Part shown: in pieces, positions 10,817 to 24,201 of the stretch
Numbering within the stretch: the stretch's first letter is position 1
How the letters are laid out: the number at the start of each line of letters is the position of its first letter
Origin: Dirinaria sp. TL-2023a
Taxonomy: Eukaryota
Reading direction: 5' to 3'
Assembly: GCA_051941275.1 (NCBI GenBank)
Contig: JAVEBF010000024.1
Span: forward strand, 1-49,787
DNA length: 49,787 nucleotides
The notes under the pieces: generated by a model
Databases searched by the model: none
The model's input: the letters and a program-made list of their open reading frames with translations, nothing else
Told to the model about the DNA's origin: nothing
Program-made: the position numbers and the translations under genes

Positions 10817-13527
10817 TGGATTGGTGAAGGGGTCGAAAATCGAAGTATTGGTAATCTTCAGTATCTTGATCTTTAATGCTCGCAGACATCTGTATAAGTT
10901 TAGAGGTCGGAAAGATACGGTGTTCAGGACGAGATTAAAATCTCAATTCGAAATTCATCTTGTGATATGCCGCAGTCTTATCAGAGTTCTTTGTCGTGTT
11001 TCGTGAGCACTTTGTGTGCCATTTTCGATTTAATGCCCATGCATCTTTTCCTTCCAACCTCGCTCTCAATTTGCAGCGTCTTCGGAGCTAATCTGGGCAT
11101 TGATTGCCTCCTCTCTGCTGTTCGAACAGGCTCGTATTGGTCGACACGTATATGCAGCTCTTGATACATAGGCCCTACAATACATTCGGTTATTCTCTAC
11201 TGCTAGAGTTTGAAGAATTTGCTTGAGGTGACATACCTGCCCATTCGAGCTGCGGGTAAACCTGAGTCTGCGACGGTCAGGCCGAGGCTTTCAACTCGTA
11301 CTATAAGTCAACAAAGATATGATGCTCGTGGGCATCGTGATCCGAAGAACTAAGAGAATGGTACGTATTGCAGAGCTCGGTTGGCACAGAAGAGATTTAA
11401 AACCGGTTTGACGCTGCGCGTCGAACAGCCTCCGATTTGCGACCGTTATAGATTCATGATGTAAGCGATTATGGGCGGGCTTTTACCTGAACAATAAGCG
11501 CGTCGCCAAGGTGCGATCTCAATTCGACTGACTCGAAATTGATATTCTGGTGCTCGGTAATTACGACTGCACGCAGTCAAAAGTCTTTGCCAAACGAAAT
11601 CATGACGTTGTGGATTTGAGCGGCACCCCTCTCCCTCACTGTGTTTGAACTCGGACCTCGTCCACAAGCTGAATCAGAGCAGTCACATGTGTCTGAAAGT
11701 GGAGAAAAAGCAGCCTAATATACACTCGTGTCGAACAGCAAGTTGCGCCAGAAGGGGGCCCCACAGTTGGTGGGTGATCATTGCTGTATATGATCGTTTA
11801 TTTTGTCCGACAACTCGATCCCCGTCATACACGAGCTCCGTGTTGTCCTGTACGGTGGTATTGATCTTGAGATCGGGTACTTATGGAGTAGACACTGACG
11901 ACAACGAATTCTCAACACTTAGGGCTATATCCTTGATCTGAGATTAAATTTTTGAATGTAAATTTTGAATGTAGAGCAAGTGATACAATACGAGAATGAA
12001 TGACTCACTGGGATTTCAGTATTCAGGATTGGACTTACTCGGGTTTGGATTCCGACACCAATGGCCACGGCGAGCATGGTTTCCAGCGATTTCACGTTTT
12101 TCTCGCAGCCCACTAATTTCAGCGGACTACCGATGTACCCTCCACAGCACCAGAGGGCCTGGACTGAGCTGCGGCCCTCGTCCTGATCCTTGGCTCTACG
12201 CTTCTTGGCTCCATGCTTCTTGCGCTTGTGGGCATTTGCTTTAGGTTGCTTTAGTTTCCTGATGGCTATAGTGCTCGATGGATGTCGTGAGGTTCAAGAA
12301 TTTTCCATCTTGATACCCTGCTGTTTCTGCTCTGCGGTTCTCGGCTCGAGCTTGGATTTGAAACAGCTGTTGTCGCTGTCGTCTGATCCGGGCAAATGTT
12401 CCTTGCAATTTTGCTATTCCTTCATCAATGTCCCTGTCAGGCTTCTCAAACTCTGCTACGACAGAGCTTGCGCCGGGATATCTACCTTCGTTGGCCACCC
12501 ATCCTCTGGTCCTAAATATGTGGGGAGGGGCCCTCGGGGGCTCGTGTTTGCAGTCGCCCCTCGGCAAAACCTCGGGTATCAGCGGGATCAGATTAGATCA
12601 CATTGACATCCTTCTTTCAACTAATAGTTAATCAGCATTCAAGTCGATCATCACACATACAAAAGGTAGGTCGATTGTGACGGATGCATGCCCGGATGCC
12701 CTAGAAGCTGCATAGCTGACCCAGTTAGAGGTCCGCAGCAAGCTTTCTGAAACATCTTGCGATTTTCCCGGCGGCAGCACTGTGGATAGCAATCATGCAA
12801 ATGGAACCTAGCGAAACTTGTGATCAGCGTGATGCAAGCCATGACTGGGATTAGCAGGCGTCTAGGGGGAATTTGGAGTAGCCGCCAGGTCCGACGCTGG
12901 CAAATCGCTGCATTAGTGGCGCTGATCGCGGTAACCAGCATCTGACTGTTTCCAATTAGAAGGCTTCAAGTCTTCTCTTGGATTACAGTTACATACCCCC
13001 GGCGTAAACTACCGTACTAGCAAAGCATGCAGAAGCCGTAATCCCACAGATTCTTAGCCAACACTTAGAAGCTAACCAGTCGAGGCGCAGGCATGCTGAC
13101 AGGTCTCGTTTTTCGAGCTCATCGTCAAGGCTTTTCCACTTCACAGCTCAACATGGGAATCGCCGGGAGCCAGGATGCAAGTCGTAAGATGCTTTACAGT
13201 ATCTTGTCAGCTCTGTTGAATATTGAGTAAAGGGAGGGTTTCGGGCCGAGAGTGGGCCGATTGGCGCCTGTTCCATCGCGGCATCGCCTCATTCAATAAA
13301 TCCTGCTCTGTGCCTCATGTTTCCTGTGATCCTTGACTCACATTCGCCAAGAGAGCATGAACCGAGCAGCAAAGGCCCAGCTGTATCTGTTCCTGCTTGG
13401 CTACTGTGGATTTGTATCCACTTTACCTACAAATCAAGGAATAACTCGAATCCCAAGTCCTGGATTCAAACAACCCATAGCTCGTAATCATACCTACAAC
13501 TTATTTGCAGCCTGAACTGTTTTCGAT

Positions 13528-14873
13528 ATGGACGCCACGGAGTCAAGTGTTTCCGGCCCGTGGAAAGATGCTGATTCCGTCTTGAACGCCATGATGATTG
13601 AAAAACGGAATTTTGGTCAAAATGATCCCGATGCGAGGACAAACCTCATCTCCCAAGCCCGCGCTCTGATTGCCCACCTAGAGACGCCTATGGAGCATGT
13701 TCTCCAGATAGTCTGGGCTGATGTACGTGTCTCATCGTTTGTACAGCCATAACTAACGCTCGCAGCCTACTCGATACACTGCTATTCGCCTAGCTCTCGA
13801 ATTAAAGATATTCAAGACACTGGCTGCAGACTCTGGACGACCAAAGACTGTCGTCGAACTCTGCAACTCGGCTACAGCAGACCGTGCCCTTGTCGCACGT
13901 ATAGCCCGCCACCTCGCCGCTACAGCTGTCATTATCGAGTTCCAGCCAGGGGTTTACGGGCCATCGACACTCTCACACGCGCTCACCTTACCCAAATACG
14001 CTGGGGCCATTAAATTCTGGTTAGTACCATTCTTTGACAGTCGTTGTAAATCAAAATACGTCTTGTAGCCGCTCGTTGACAATGCGTCTAAGCTTCGACT
14101 CCTCGTTACCTGTCTATGCGCAAATGCCATCATATTTTGCCAAAAACAACTGGCGCAATCCCGCAGATACGAATGATGGCCCATTTCAGCATGCGCATGG
14201 ACCCGGACATGGCTTCGAGTGGCTCAGCGAGCGGCCAGATACCATGGCAGCTTTCCATGCTTACGTGTATGGTCAGCGCGAGGAGCGACCAAGCTGGATG
14301 GACGAGGGTGTTTATCCTGTGCAAGAGCGGTTGGTTGACGGATTGAACCTCAGCGGGGACAGTTCCGCACTCGTTGATATAGGAGGAGGCATGGGCCTTT
14401 GCTTGGAAGAATTCGTGGCCAAGGTTCCGCAATGGAAAGGTAGGCTCGTGTTACAAGAGCAGGAGGCTGTGGCCAAGCAGGTCCGCGGTCTGAACTCTCG
14501 GATCGAGGTAATGGCACATGACTTCTTCAAGTATCAGCCCGTAAGAGGCGCGCGCGCATACTACTTGCGTAACATCCTTCATGACTGGCCCGATGAGATC
14601 TGTCGACAGATTTTGCAGCAGCTTAAAGATGCTATGAAGCACGACTACTCGAAGATATTGGTGGATGAGAATGTCCTAGCCGATCAAGGAGCGTCCTGGC
14701 AGCATACATCCCTGGACTTCTATATGATGGCCCTCACAGCGGGACAGGAGCGGACTGAAAATCACTGGAGAGAGCTAGTCGACAGCGTTGACCTTCAAAT
14801 CGTGGGAATATGGGTGAAAGGAGCTGAAAATCAGAGCCTGATTGAGATTGTGGCTAAGGATACCACGAAATAA
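13528..14873 (+). CDS. SAM-dependent O-methyltransferase (Methyltransf_2 family), three exons
   Basis: Motifs LVDIGGGMG, HDFF, YYLRNILHDWPD and GQERTE. Introns start at ~13723 (GTACGT) and ~14020 (GTTAGT). The spliced frame is open. Confidence 0.9.
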
Positions 14874-15360
14874 TGCAAGCGAATACTTCAATGTATCTGA
14901 TAGTCGAGGGTTATTAGTACAATTGCAGGGCATGATTCTTGGTACGATCACCTTCCTCACCGATCGTGTGATTATCGCAGACGCAGCTCTACTCCGACTA
15001 ATCGTTCGGCTGCCTTACAAGCTGGCTTTTTCCAGTAGGATTTCTCCTGATACCCCTCCATCCTGCAAGGCTTGATTCCCCAGATAAATGACTCGTACGT
15101 ATAGAACGAGACCCGTGCCGTGCGTTGCCGTGGCGATTATTGTAGGGCACAACCCTTTCCGAAATGCATCGTACGATTGGAACATTCTACTTACAGACCA
15201 CTGATTCTTCTGCCCCAACCACCCACCAATTCAAATGATGGGCAGTATTACGCCGCATGCCGTAAATCCTGCAGTGATGTAGTCAGCGCTCTAAGGCTGA
15301 TTGAGGCACAGGCATCCGAGACCAATGAGGGTCCTGCAGGGCAGGAGGAAAGTGTCTAGA

Positions 15361-15772
15361 TGTCATGGCATTGTTGCCACCTTCAGGTGGCCATTATTGC
15401 CGCCTCAAGAGATCTTTCGAATGCGATAGAGATATGAGCGACGAAGTCTCTTTCAAAGATTTCTGACACTATACATGACAGCTCTCTCGATGACAATTCT
15501 CTTGTCGATGTGTTGATACAAGTCTTCAAAGATTTTTCGCATTATACATGACATTTCTTCTGTCGATGTGTCGATGACGAGATGCCGATTTGTCGATAGA
15601 AAATATAAAAGATCTCATCGACATATTTTTTGACTTTCACATTTGTTTCATCGTCTGCTTATTATCGCACTCGATATCGCATTGCGAAAGCGCTTTCTCA
15701 TCCACTTACTTCAGATATTAATCGCATAGATAGATGAAGTTGCTGACGCTTGAGACAGCATGTCTTGAGACA
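15361..15772. mobile_element. Degenerate LTR-like repeat remnant, strongly depleted in CC/GG
   Basis: Starts TGTC and ends GACA. Internal direct repeat ttcaaagattt...a.tatacatgaca at ~15450 and ~15525. Only 2 CC and 0 GG dinucleotides in 15421-15780. Confidence 0.5.
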
Positions 15773-16820
15773 ATTTTCGCTTGCTAGATACTCGTCTTTG
15801 GCGCCCGCGAGGCCGAAAATCTAATATAATGACTTGTGTCAATTTCGCCCCATGAACCATCGAAAGGACTTCCGACCCATATAAATTTCAGTCGCAGTAG
15901 GATCGAATGATCGAAGCAGAATAATCTGGAATTGGCTCCGCAACCGGCGGATGTATACTCTTTAAGATCATACAGTCTCACAATGGGAAGGATGTCCGCA
16001 GCTATCCTTTCATACTATAGCAGAAGTCTTGCTTCGGCATCAGACTATTCCGGACGATGCAATAACAATATCCGAAGCCAGCGCATTTCCAACCGCGAAT
16101 GTCTCTAAAGCAGTCAATCCAACAAAGCTATAGTACCTAGCTCCTTCAGATCATTTTTTAAAACTAAACTTACGGTTCTCGTGTGTCTTGCAACCCATCG
16201 AATAGCAGGCTTCTGGGGGATAAGCTAAGAGATTAAAGATGGAAAACGATACCAGGCAGCTTACCTGCAAGCATTTGTGTCGAATTTCCTCCCGAGAATA
16301 GATGGCTCCCGTTGTGATCAAAAGAATTCTGTACATGTGAGCGTCTCGGTTGTAAGCAATGGCTGATTTGTTGCAGTTTCGTTGTGTTCGGATAGAAACT
16401 ACCGTTGCAGACGCTGGCCGAGCTTGGCTGGAGGGAAGTGCCTTGGTGCCTCTGCGCAAGCTATCAAGGTAATTGTTGAATTTTTGGTGTGCATTTGATG
16501 CTACTGCTGCACACATAAGCATACATGAGACACTATCGATTCGACTGTCCCTGTCGATGTGCAATAGTCGTTATGTGCGCATGTTGACATGGTATTCCAT
16601 CAGGCACCGAAAGCGCTTCTAAGATTTCATCCAACAAGGAAGTACTCTGGTACAGTAGGAAAGAATAGATGTACAAATGTCTTCACCAAGGCAAAATAAG
16701 GCAGAACTTCTGACGAAGGCATGATTTCTTAACCTTCTTAGAAGTAATATCCGCGGCGGAATTGTATTTCAAATTATTTTTGCGAAAGGAGAAGGTCAAA
16801 CCTTGAGAGCCAAGTCCATG

Positions 16821-18680
16821 TTATCGTCTGCTCCACTCCAGCACTGCTTTTTCCGGATGCAGCATCTGTAAAAGCAACTTCATCCCCGTGTCCGTTCTGC
16901 TCTGGTCCAACAATCTCGCTCTTGCCATCACGTTGTTCTCTCCATTCAAGAGCACAGGTTTCACTTTGAAATCGCGAAACAGACTCACCAGCACGCCGAC
17001 AAATTCGACCTGTGCGAACTTACGGCCAGGACAGCTATGTGCGCCGCCAGACCACCCAACGAAGGGGCTGTTGCGACTAGATAGCTCCTTGAATTGTTCT
17101 ACTGGATTTGACGATGATGATCGGGAGATTTTTGGATTGGTGGTGATCCGTCGCGAGGGTTCGAACTCGAGCGAGTCATGGCCCCAATAGCGGGGATGCG
17201 TATGCAGCGCGGAATAGTTGGGTATAATGACGGTGTTCTTTGGGATTATTACGATGTCGTTACCTAATTTCAGAGGCTGCGGGCTTGAGCCAGTGGATTT
17301 GGCGATAGCAACTGCGGTTTAGAGACGTACTGTCTCGTACTGAAGATATTCTGTCAAAGTTTTCTGGAAAAGACGTCAGAAGAGCACTTACTACAACTGA
17401 TAAGCAACGCGGAAGACGCGGAAACGTAGCCTCGTAGGATGAATCCGTAGCTTCAACGCCGACGAGGGCAGTATTGATCTCATCTGCGATCCACTCTTGG
17501 ACGTCGGGCCGGGTTGCCAACAGGCAAATGCCTATCGCGAGGGAATTGGCGGTTGCATCGTGTCCTGCAAAGTTGAACACAAAGATATTACCGTACACTT
17601 CTTCTTCTGTCAGACCCTCCTGATGAGATACCGTAGTACTTCCTTTCTAGTCAACATTCGCTCACGAGGCACGGACGAGGGAACTCATGAGATTATTGTC
17701 CAACTTCTCATTGCAGGCCATGGCCCGTTTTCCATCCTCATAGGCTGAGGTCATATGTTGTTGAAAAATGAGCGTGGCTCGATAGAGCTCTCGAAAAGAT
17801 TTTGGCAGCCATAGTTTGCTCAAATTGTTTCACCCAAGCACGACTAGGGGTATGCAACGGTCAAGAATGATCCTCAGAGCTTCCGCGTAGCTTGAAGAGT
17901 CCTCCTTAGTGGATGGAGGATTCTCTTCAGCTCCTCTAAACGGATAGGATTTCCCGAAAATAGCGCCGGACATGACATGAAGCGAGACAGTTCGAGTGTC
18001 TGTAGCCACGCTGTTGATCGAGGCTTTAGAGGACCAGTACTTGATCAAGCCACTTGATTGAAGTATGCTTTCCGTCCAAACGCGTTGATTGACTTGCTCG
18101 TTGAAAGAGGAAGCTGTGATTTTTCGATGTCTTTGCCACTGGGGTCCGTCAGTCTGTAGGGTCAGTGGTTGAAGCTTCGCAAAAAAGGAGTTGTACTTAC
18201 AGTGCCTACATTAGGTCCAAATATATTAAGCATCTCTAAGAATTCGTTTAGAATATCATTGGGTGGAGTGTTTGCAAAGGTCTTACCTGTCGATTCCGGG
18301 GGCCGAGGAAAGTCTGCCCGACGTTGAAAGATATCTGAGACAGCCTCTGCATCACAGAGCTGAAGATAATTTTTTCCAGGCGTCACGAAGAAGATTGCGT
18401 TGCCGGGCTGCTGATGCGCTTTGTAGCGGTCCCAAATCTCCCATCCTCTCCAGTTAAACCTAGTAAATGTTCCCGAGCCAAACGGTATGCGACAAACCAG
18501 TTGCACAATCTTTCTGTCGAAAATCAACCACAACGGGTTCCCACAATCAATGGGTAATACGATAACTGGGAGACCAGTCTTGCGGGCTGCGTCGTAATTG
18601 AGCAGAAGTCTACCCATGACATAAAACAAAATGCCCAGCAACAGAGCGGACAACCCAAGCACAAAGGTTGGGTAAGACAT
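16821..18680 (-). pseudogene. Cytochrome P450 monooxygenase pseudogene
   Basis: N-terminal TM anchor (MSYPTFVLGLSALLLG), I-helix FAGHDAT, ExxR (ETVR), heme-binding region PFVGWSGGAHSCPGRKFA. In-frame stops: TGA 17830-17832, TGA 17662-17664, TAG 17647-17649, TAA 17319-17321 (YETVRL*T). Confidence 0.88.
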
Positions 18681-20007
18681 GGAGCTATTGTGATGGATAG
18701 AATTAGGATATTTCGGACGAGTGTGCGGTGATAAGTAAAAGGAAAAGGATCAAAACGAGTGGGGTGTGAGAAGGATGCGTAGGACGAAGGAGCAGCTGTG
18801 AAAACATTTAGGAGCCGCCGCTAACCCTAATTAGTTCTTAATGCTACAGATCACCTGAAGCATGAAACGTCCTGACTCCATGATATTGTCGTATTTTCCG
18901 TGCGTGAAGAATTTTGGGCTGTCTCAACATTGCAGACAAGTATGCATGAGCAAGGTCGTTGTCGACAGCACTTCAGACTTACGTGAGCTTCTATGCTGTG
19001 AGAAGACGTTACGGAAAGTTGCAAGACATGCAACGAGGATAGCTGGCAACAGATTACTTGGTCTCCGGAATGGTTTGATTTAGGGGTGACCTAGCGATTG
19101 AAAGCTTCGATCGCAATCCACATAAATTTGGGGTTGCATTGCTTGAGCGGTCAAGCGCTGTGCGAAAAATTGCAGACATCATAGTAATGTAGACAAAAGA
19201 GAAAATACCGCTAAGCGCGGCTTTTATACACCATTGCATTCGCACCCCCTCGGCTCCCTTGAGCATACAGATCAATATGAGCATGACTGCTACGAACGTG
19301 CAACATACGTGGATTAGATCATGAACCTATAAGAACGGCCCATGATCACATTCCAATTTCATTTCGACGTGATTTATTTTCGGATTGCAGATAAGTCGTA
19401 GATAAAATCATTCTAATCTATGCTTTATTCGAGCTCAAAACCCGAGGTTCGAGAAACAGTTCCTCGATTCGCGGAAATTTTGGATTGAAGCTCACATCAG
19501 CCAATCGAAAGTAGATAGCGAATCGAGGTCTCTGAAGAAGGCTCGTATTTTTTTGTGCTCGAACGAGATCGAGAACTACTCGTCTTTTTCTATGGCAAAA
19601 CGTAAGATGTGATTGACAAATAAGCAAAGCATTTATGATCATGCTACCTGTTGAGAGGTGTGCGGTAGGTATATTGCACCCTATCCAAGAGAAATTGTCT
19701 CGAGGAGCTAATTCTAATTAGGCATAGTATCCGGCGGCTCCGATGACGAAGAAAACTTGTGCGCGAAATTCAGAGACAATTTGAAGCAGGAATTGGGATA
19801 GAAATCTATTTAACTTGGTGTTGTCGAAAGCCGCCTCATCACAGCTGACAAATCATACTAACCAATTTCCCAATGGTGCAAATGCCGTTTCAGGCAAGTA
19901 TCACCATGTAACCACCTAACAACAGTTCCTATGTGAACCGGCAGACGGTTCAATACTACCTTACGTTATACCTCAAAACTCTCTGAAGCAATTAATCTAG
20001 AATTAAT

Positions 20008-21426
20008 TTATACCGGATTCACTAGGCTATCTCCCAAATCTAGGGCCGTCTTCATTTCGATCTCTATTATGCTCAATTCAGATCCAGCGGGTTGCTGGAT
20101 ACTTTGCACCTGAAGATCAGGATGCACATTCCGCAATAGCCGGGCCCATTCGTCCGCAGAGCGATCATGTCCATTGGAAATCTCTTTCATAGCCAGGTCA
20201 TTTGATCTGTTGTTTGTCAGCCCGCAGTCGAACCAAGGACATATTGAGTTCTTAAATAACCTGATATATCTCTCCTGATACATTGATACTGTTCCAACAG
20301 CAGGCATACAGACCTCATTTAGGATGATCCTTGAGCCTGGCGCGAGAGCTGGAAGCAGAGCCTTAAGTATCATTATTGCATAATCGTCGGGCCAATCGTG
20401 AAGAATCCATCGAAGGAAATAAGCAGCGGCTCCCTTGATGGGCTGTTCCTTGAAGAAGTCGTGTTCCATGAAAGTTACTTGCTTCTGTAGATCGGCGGGG
20501 ACTTTACGTGAGTGCTCCAGAACCTCGGGAAGATCTTGCACTACACAATGAATAAAGGGGTATCTCCTTGCGATCTCCAAGCTGACCTGGCCATGGGATC
20601 CACCGATATCAACGACAGTACTCACAGTGTCATCCTTGTTCTGTAATGTGGCCCAATCATAGCCTTCTACAATATATGATGTTTGCAACCCAGACCGCGA
20701 GAGAAAAGCCTTCATTCCATCACCAAATGATCGAGCTCGATTTGGATTCTTCTCAAGCTCAACGAAAAAGGAATCCTTGGTACCGTTTACGATGTTGAAC
20801 CCAGTCTGATCAGGTCGTTGAGACTTTGGCCATCTTATCATGGCTTCGACCGTCTTTGTTGCAGCCGGCCACATTTCTTCGCATGCCGAGCCGATCCAGC
20901 GAAGAAGTAGTGGATTCTCGGCTAGCGTTCTAGAAGCAGGAGTATGAACAACGAAGCCTTCGACGGGTTCTTTGAAGATATAATAAGTCATGGCATGCCG
21001 CAAAAGTCTCTTTGTGTCGCTAAGAGATAGTCCGCAACTTCGCGAAATTGACTCGAAGGATATCTCTTCGCTGATAGGAACGATACTGGCAATTCCAAAT
21101 TTGCAGATGGCCTGCAGACTGGTCAAAGAATTATGCTATTCTAATAATCAGTGATTGATGCAGGTCGCAAACAGATATTTATACGGGGGCTTGACTTGGT
21201 TGACTACCATCTCCATAAGATAGTCAAAGGGTTCATAAGTGAGTAAGCGAAGCTCTTCTGTTGCTTCGCGAAGCGCTTCTTGGGAAGTTGCCGTGTCCCC
21301 CAGTTCATGCCCTAGGTCTCCTACAACAGGCTCCGGAGACCTCGAAGGTGCTTTTACTGAAGTTAATAAGTACACATGGTGTTGTATAAGTGTAGCTAAT
21401 TCTATCATTCTGGCATTAGACGCCAT
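20008..21426 (-). CDS. SAM-dependent O-methyltransferase (fungal secondary-metabolite type)
   Basis: Motifs VVDIGGSHG, VQDL, MEHDFF and YFLRWILHDWPD; N-terminal SLQAICKFGIA..VP and RLLRHAM segments. An intron follows exon 1 (MASNARM...) and a probable in-frame intron lies at ~20207-20260. No stops seen. Confidence 0.88.
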
Positions 21427-23021
21427 ACTGCGTGTGCGCATGCGCAGTGTTTGACCGTCTATCATAAATTCGTGTCTTGTATATCTACAATCGGGAGGTC
21501 TCGACGAGGTGTGTGCGCGTTGAGAATGGCAGCGACAATCAATATAGGTCGTATCTACTGCCGAACGCTGCTAAGTCTCTGCCGAGACAGTCCAATCAGA
21601 CAAAGCTGCTGTATCCCGCAAAGAAGAGAGATGTCCCAAGACTTTCTTCAGCGAATAAAGAGGTTTAATCAGACAATTCGCAGCTTATTTGCCAAATACT
21701 GTCGCTACCTCCCGCTCACGACCTTGGCTAACATACTATTCCATGTGAAGTACCTTGCGCATTAGAGCAGAGCCATTCCTCGACTGGTCTCGGGTACTCC
21801 GTACGGAGGTCCGCACCATAATTCCAGGCTAGGTCACCTGAAAGTCGGCGGGTGGACCAACCAATAGTAATGTATCAGCCGAGCGCGCCAGCTGGCTACG
21901 TAGACCTAGGGTGGAGCTGTGCTCTCCGAAGCCTACCTGTAGTCACCCCAACGACTAGTCTTCCCGTACAGGACGCTAGCCAGGTCTTATGGCGCGGATC
22001 TTAGTACATCGTACCCTGATACTCCTTGCATCGAACTATGTAATACCTAGGAAGCAAGGGCACGTATGGGTAGTAGTTCTCGTGGGCTCACATCTTCCGA
22101 GCGTCATGTTCCCAGCAGCGACCTGTGACGCTGCACCTGAACGGATCGAAACTACGTGGATCCAATTGAACGTTCAAACTGCGTACATGCGATACCACGT
22201 CAGAAATTCTGGCTAGCGTGATCAGAGGTAAGAGTGGGATGGCAGGGCGCCTATACCAAGGAATTGGTTGGTTGCCTGGCTCCTGGGGACCGGGCCCAAG
22301 CCGAGTTAATCGTAGCGGTCTAGAGCAGTCGACAGAGGACTGCTGTATGATTTTGATGAGAAGGCCGAGGATAGCACAGTCTTGAATGTGACTACATACG
22401 TCGCGGTGTAGATTATCTACCCTCGCCTTTCTTTTTACCACATCATACAAGTGCTCTTATCGATGTGCCTCTCATGACCAAATCGATCGAGGTTAAGTGG
22501 TGCTAGCAGAGTTTTCTTTGTCCGAAGCAACAGCCTCGTTGTACAGTGCCCCAATGATGCATTCGAGTGAGTGGCTGTTAGATCGATTGACCATCCCTGA
22601 TCATCATCTCGACCCCGCAACTATTAAAACTTGCTGACATCATATACTGCCTTCTTTGCCCAATTAGTTCGACCGAATCAAGCAAATCATACTAATTCGG
22701 TAACTCAAGACTGCTATCGCCCTTCATATTCAGAAAGCACTCACAGCGCCAAGAATTCCATTCTTAAAGCAACTACTGAGCTGGAATGCTGCGGCAGTAC
22801 TGCTCTCAGAGTTTCTAACGCGCTTCTGGAAATCGTTGAGAAAACACACTATCAATGTGAATACTTAGGGATGCCAGTACCATATACCCATATTTATGAT
22901 ACGTCGACTCAGAAGATTATAGTTTTATACTCATTACTGTGACTAGGCTATTTTATCAAGACTAAATACAGTAATTCTGCGTACACGATTACTTAGCCAG
23001 GGTGTCGCCTCGATCACGTTT

Positions 23022-24201
23022 TTAAGCTTCACTATAGGATCTAGAAACCAGCTGGCTGCTTTGGCTGTCCGGTGGAGATAGCTTGGCTCCATCCACATGT
23101 TTCAAATTATCGATTCTTACATGCCCCGTCTGTATAGGCTGACGACTGGAAGTAAGAGTGCGTTGCTTTGTGACATAATGGTCCCAGAAAGGTTTCAGCG
23201 GTGGTATACTACCACAGACAATGATCACAAAGGTCTCAACTCCGCTCCATACCACGAGCCTGTACGTATTCCCTGAACTTGGTATGAGCATGATTGTCTA
23301 GATTATAAGAATCGACTTACAGGTCAAATCTGAATGAGCGGTCAGCTCGCTGAGATAGCAAGTCTTGACAATGCCAGCAATAGCTGCGCTGTACTATGTT
23401 TAGTCCTTGCCACGCTAATTTGAGGCACACAATACTTACAACAGTCCAAGCCCCAACAAAAGACAAAGATTGACTCGCCTTTTGAGTTCGAGGTTGAGAT
23501 TCCAAAAGATAGTAGCTGGAAGTAGAGCTAGGATGACATCTGCCGCTATGTTTTCCGCTGCGCAGATCGTTAGTGGAGGACTGTTGAAATTGTTATGACT
23601 TACCTGCTACGAATATGGCAAAATCCTCCTGGACCTGAGGATTCCAGCAATGAGCGGGAATGCCTTGATCCCATAAAGCTCTCGGAGGATCACATTGAGC
23701 AAAAGTGATGATACAATTTATCGAATTCAAAATGAACGTCAGTATCATGACGATCCAGATAATCCGCTTTCGCCACACAGTTTTCGGGCCAAGGAACCTC
23801 AAAATCAAGAGCCCCACTGACGCTTTGCCCGTTGAAAAGGAAAAAATGCCGATAACCTGCATGATGTAGTTGAGCAAAGCAACCTTGTGCAAATGCTGAG
23901 GCGGTACATCGCGTAGATGGCGGAAGCCTCCGAGGCTTGACTGCCATGTAACGAGTGATGAGATGACGACCAATAGAAACTTTTGCGTCATTACCAGGTA
24001 AGTCACTTTTGACGGTGACTACATCAGTGAGCTTACCAGAGTAGCCAGCATCAACCAGTCGTCCCAACCCAAAAGTCTCATCCGTTGTCTTGTATACAGC
24101 CTCGCCACAACGAGAATGATGACAATGCTGGCTAGTGTCCAGTATATCGCCGTTGCGGCCGGACCTCGATCTTCAACGAGGTGGACGGTAGTGGATGCCA
24201 T
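23022..24201 (-). CDS. PTH11-like (fungal rhodopsin-domain) integral membrane protein lacking a CFEM domain
   Basis: Family motifs ARLYTR, GWDDWLM, KASVG.LILR, AQC.P..LWD...CW, D..LALLP...WNL and E....I.CGSIP.LKP, spread over five exons with GT-AG introns. The frame is intact. Confidence 0.88.

Noticed and set aside
10560..11200. PKS-NRPS hybrid or C-terminal release domain
   Set aside because: The frame stops shortly after the ACP (10816) and no condensation, adenylation, thioesterase or reductase motifs follow.
17620..17665. Possible GTGAGC...CATCAG intron removing two P450 stops
   Set aside because: At 46 nt it shifts the frame into an immediate TGA, and the stops at 17830 and 17319 would remain.
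2473..18680. Classical CpA-type RIP as the cause of PKS and P450 inactivation
   Set aside because: Only some stops fit CpA-to-TpA; others appear to need transversions (e.g. AAG to TAG, TAY to TAA). The genes are not AT-enriched and show no duplicate in this window.
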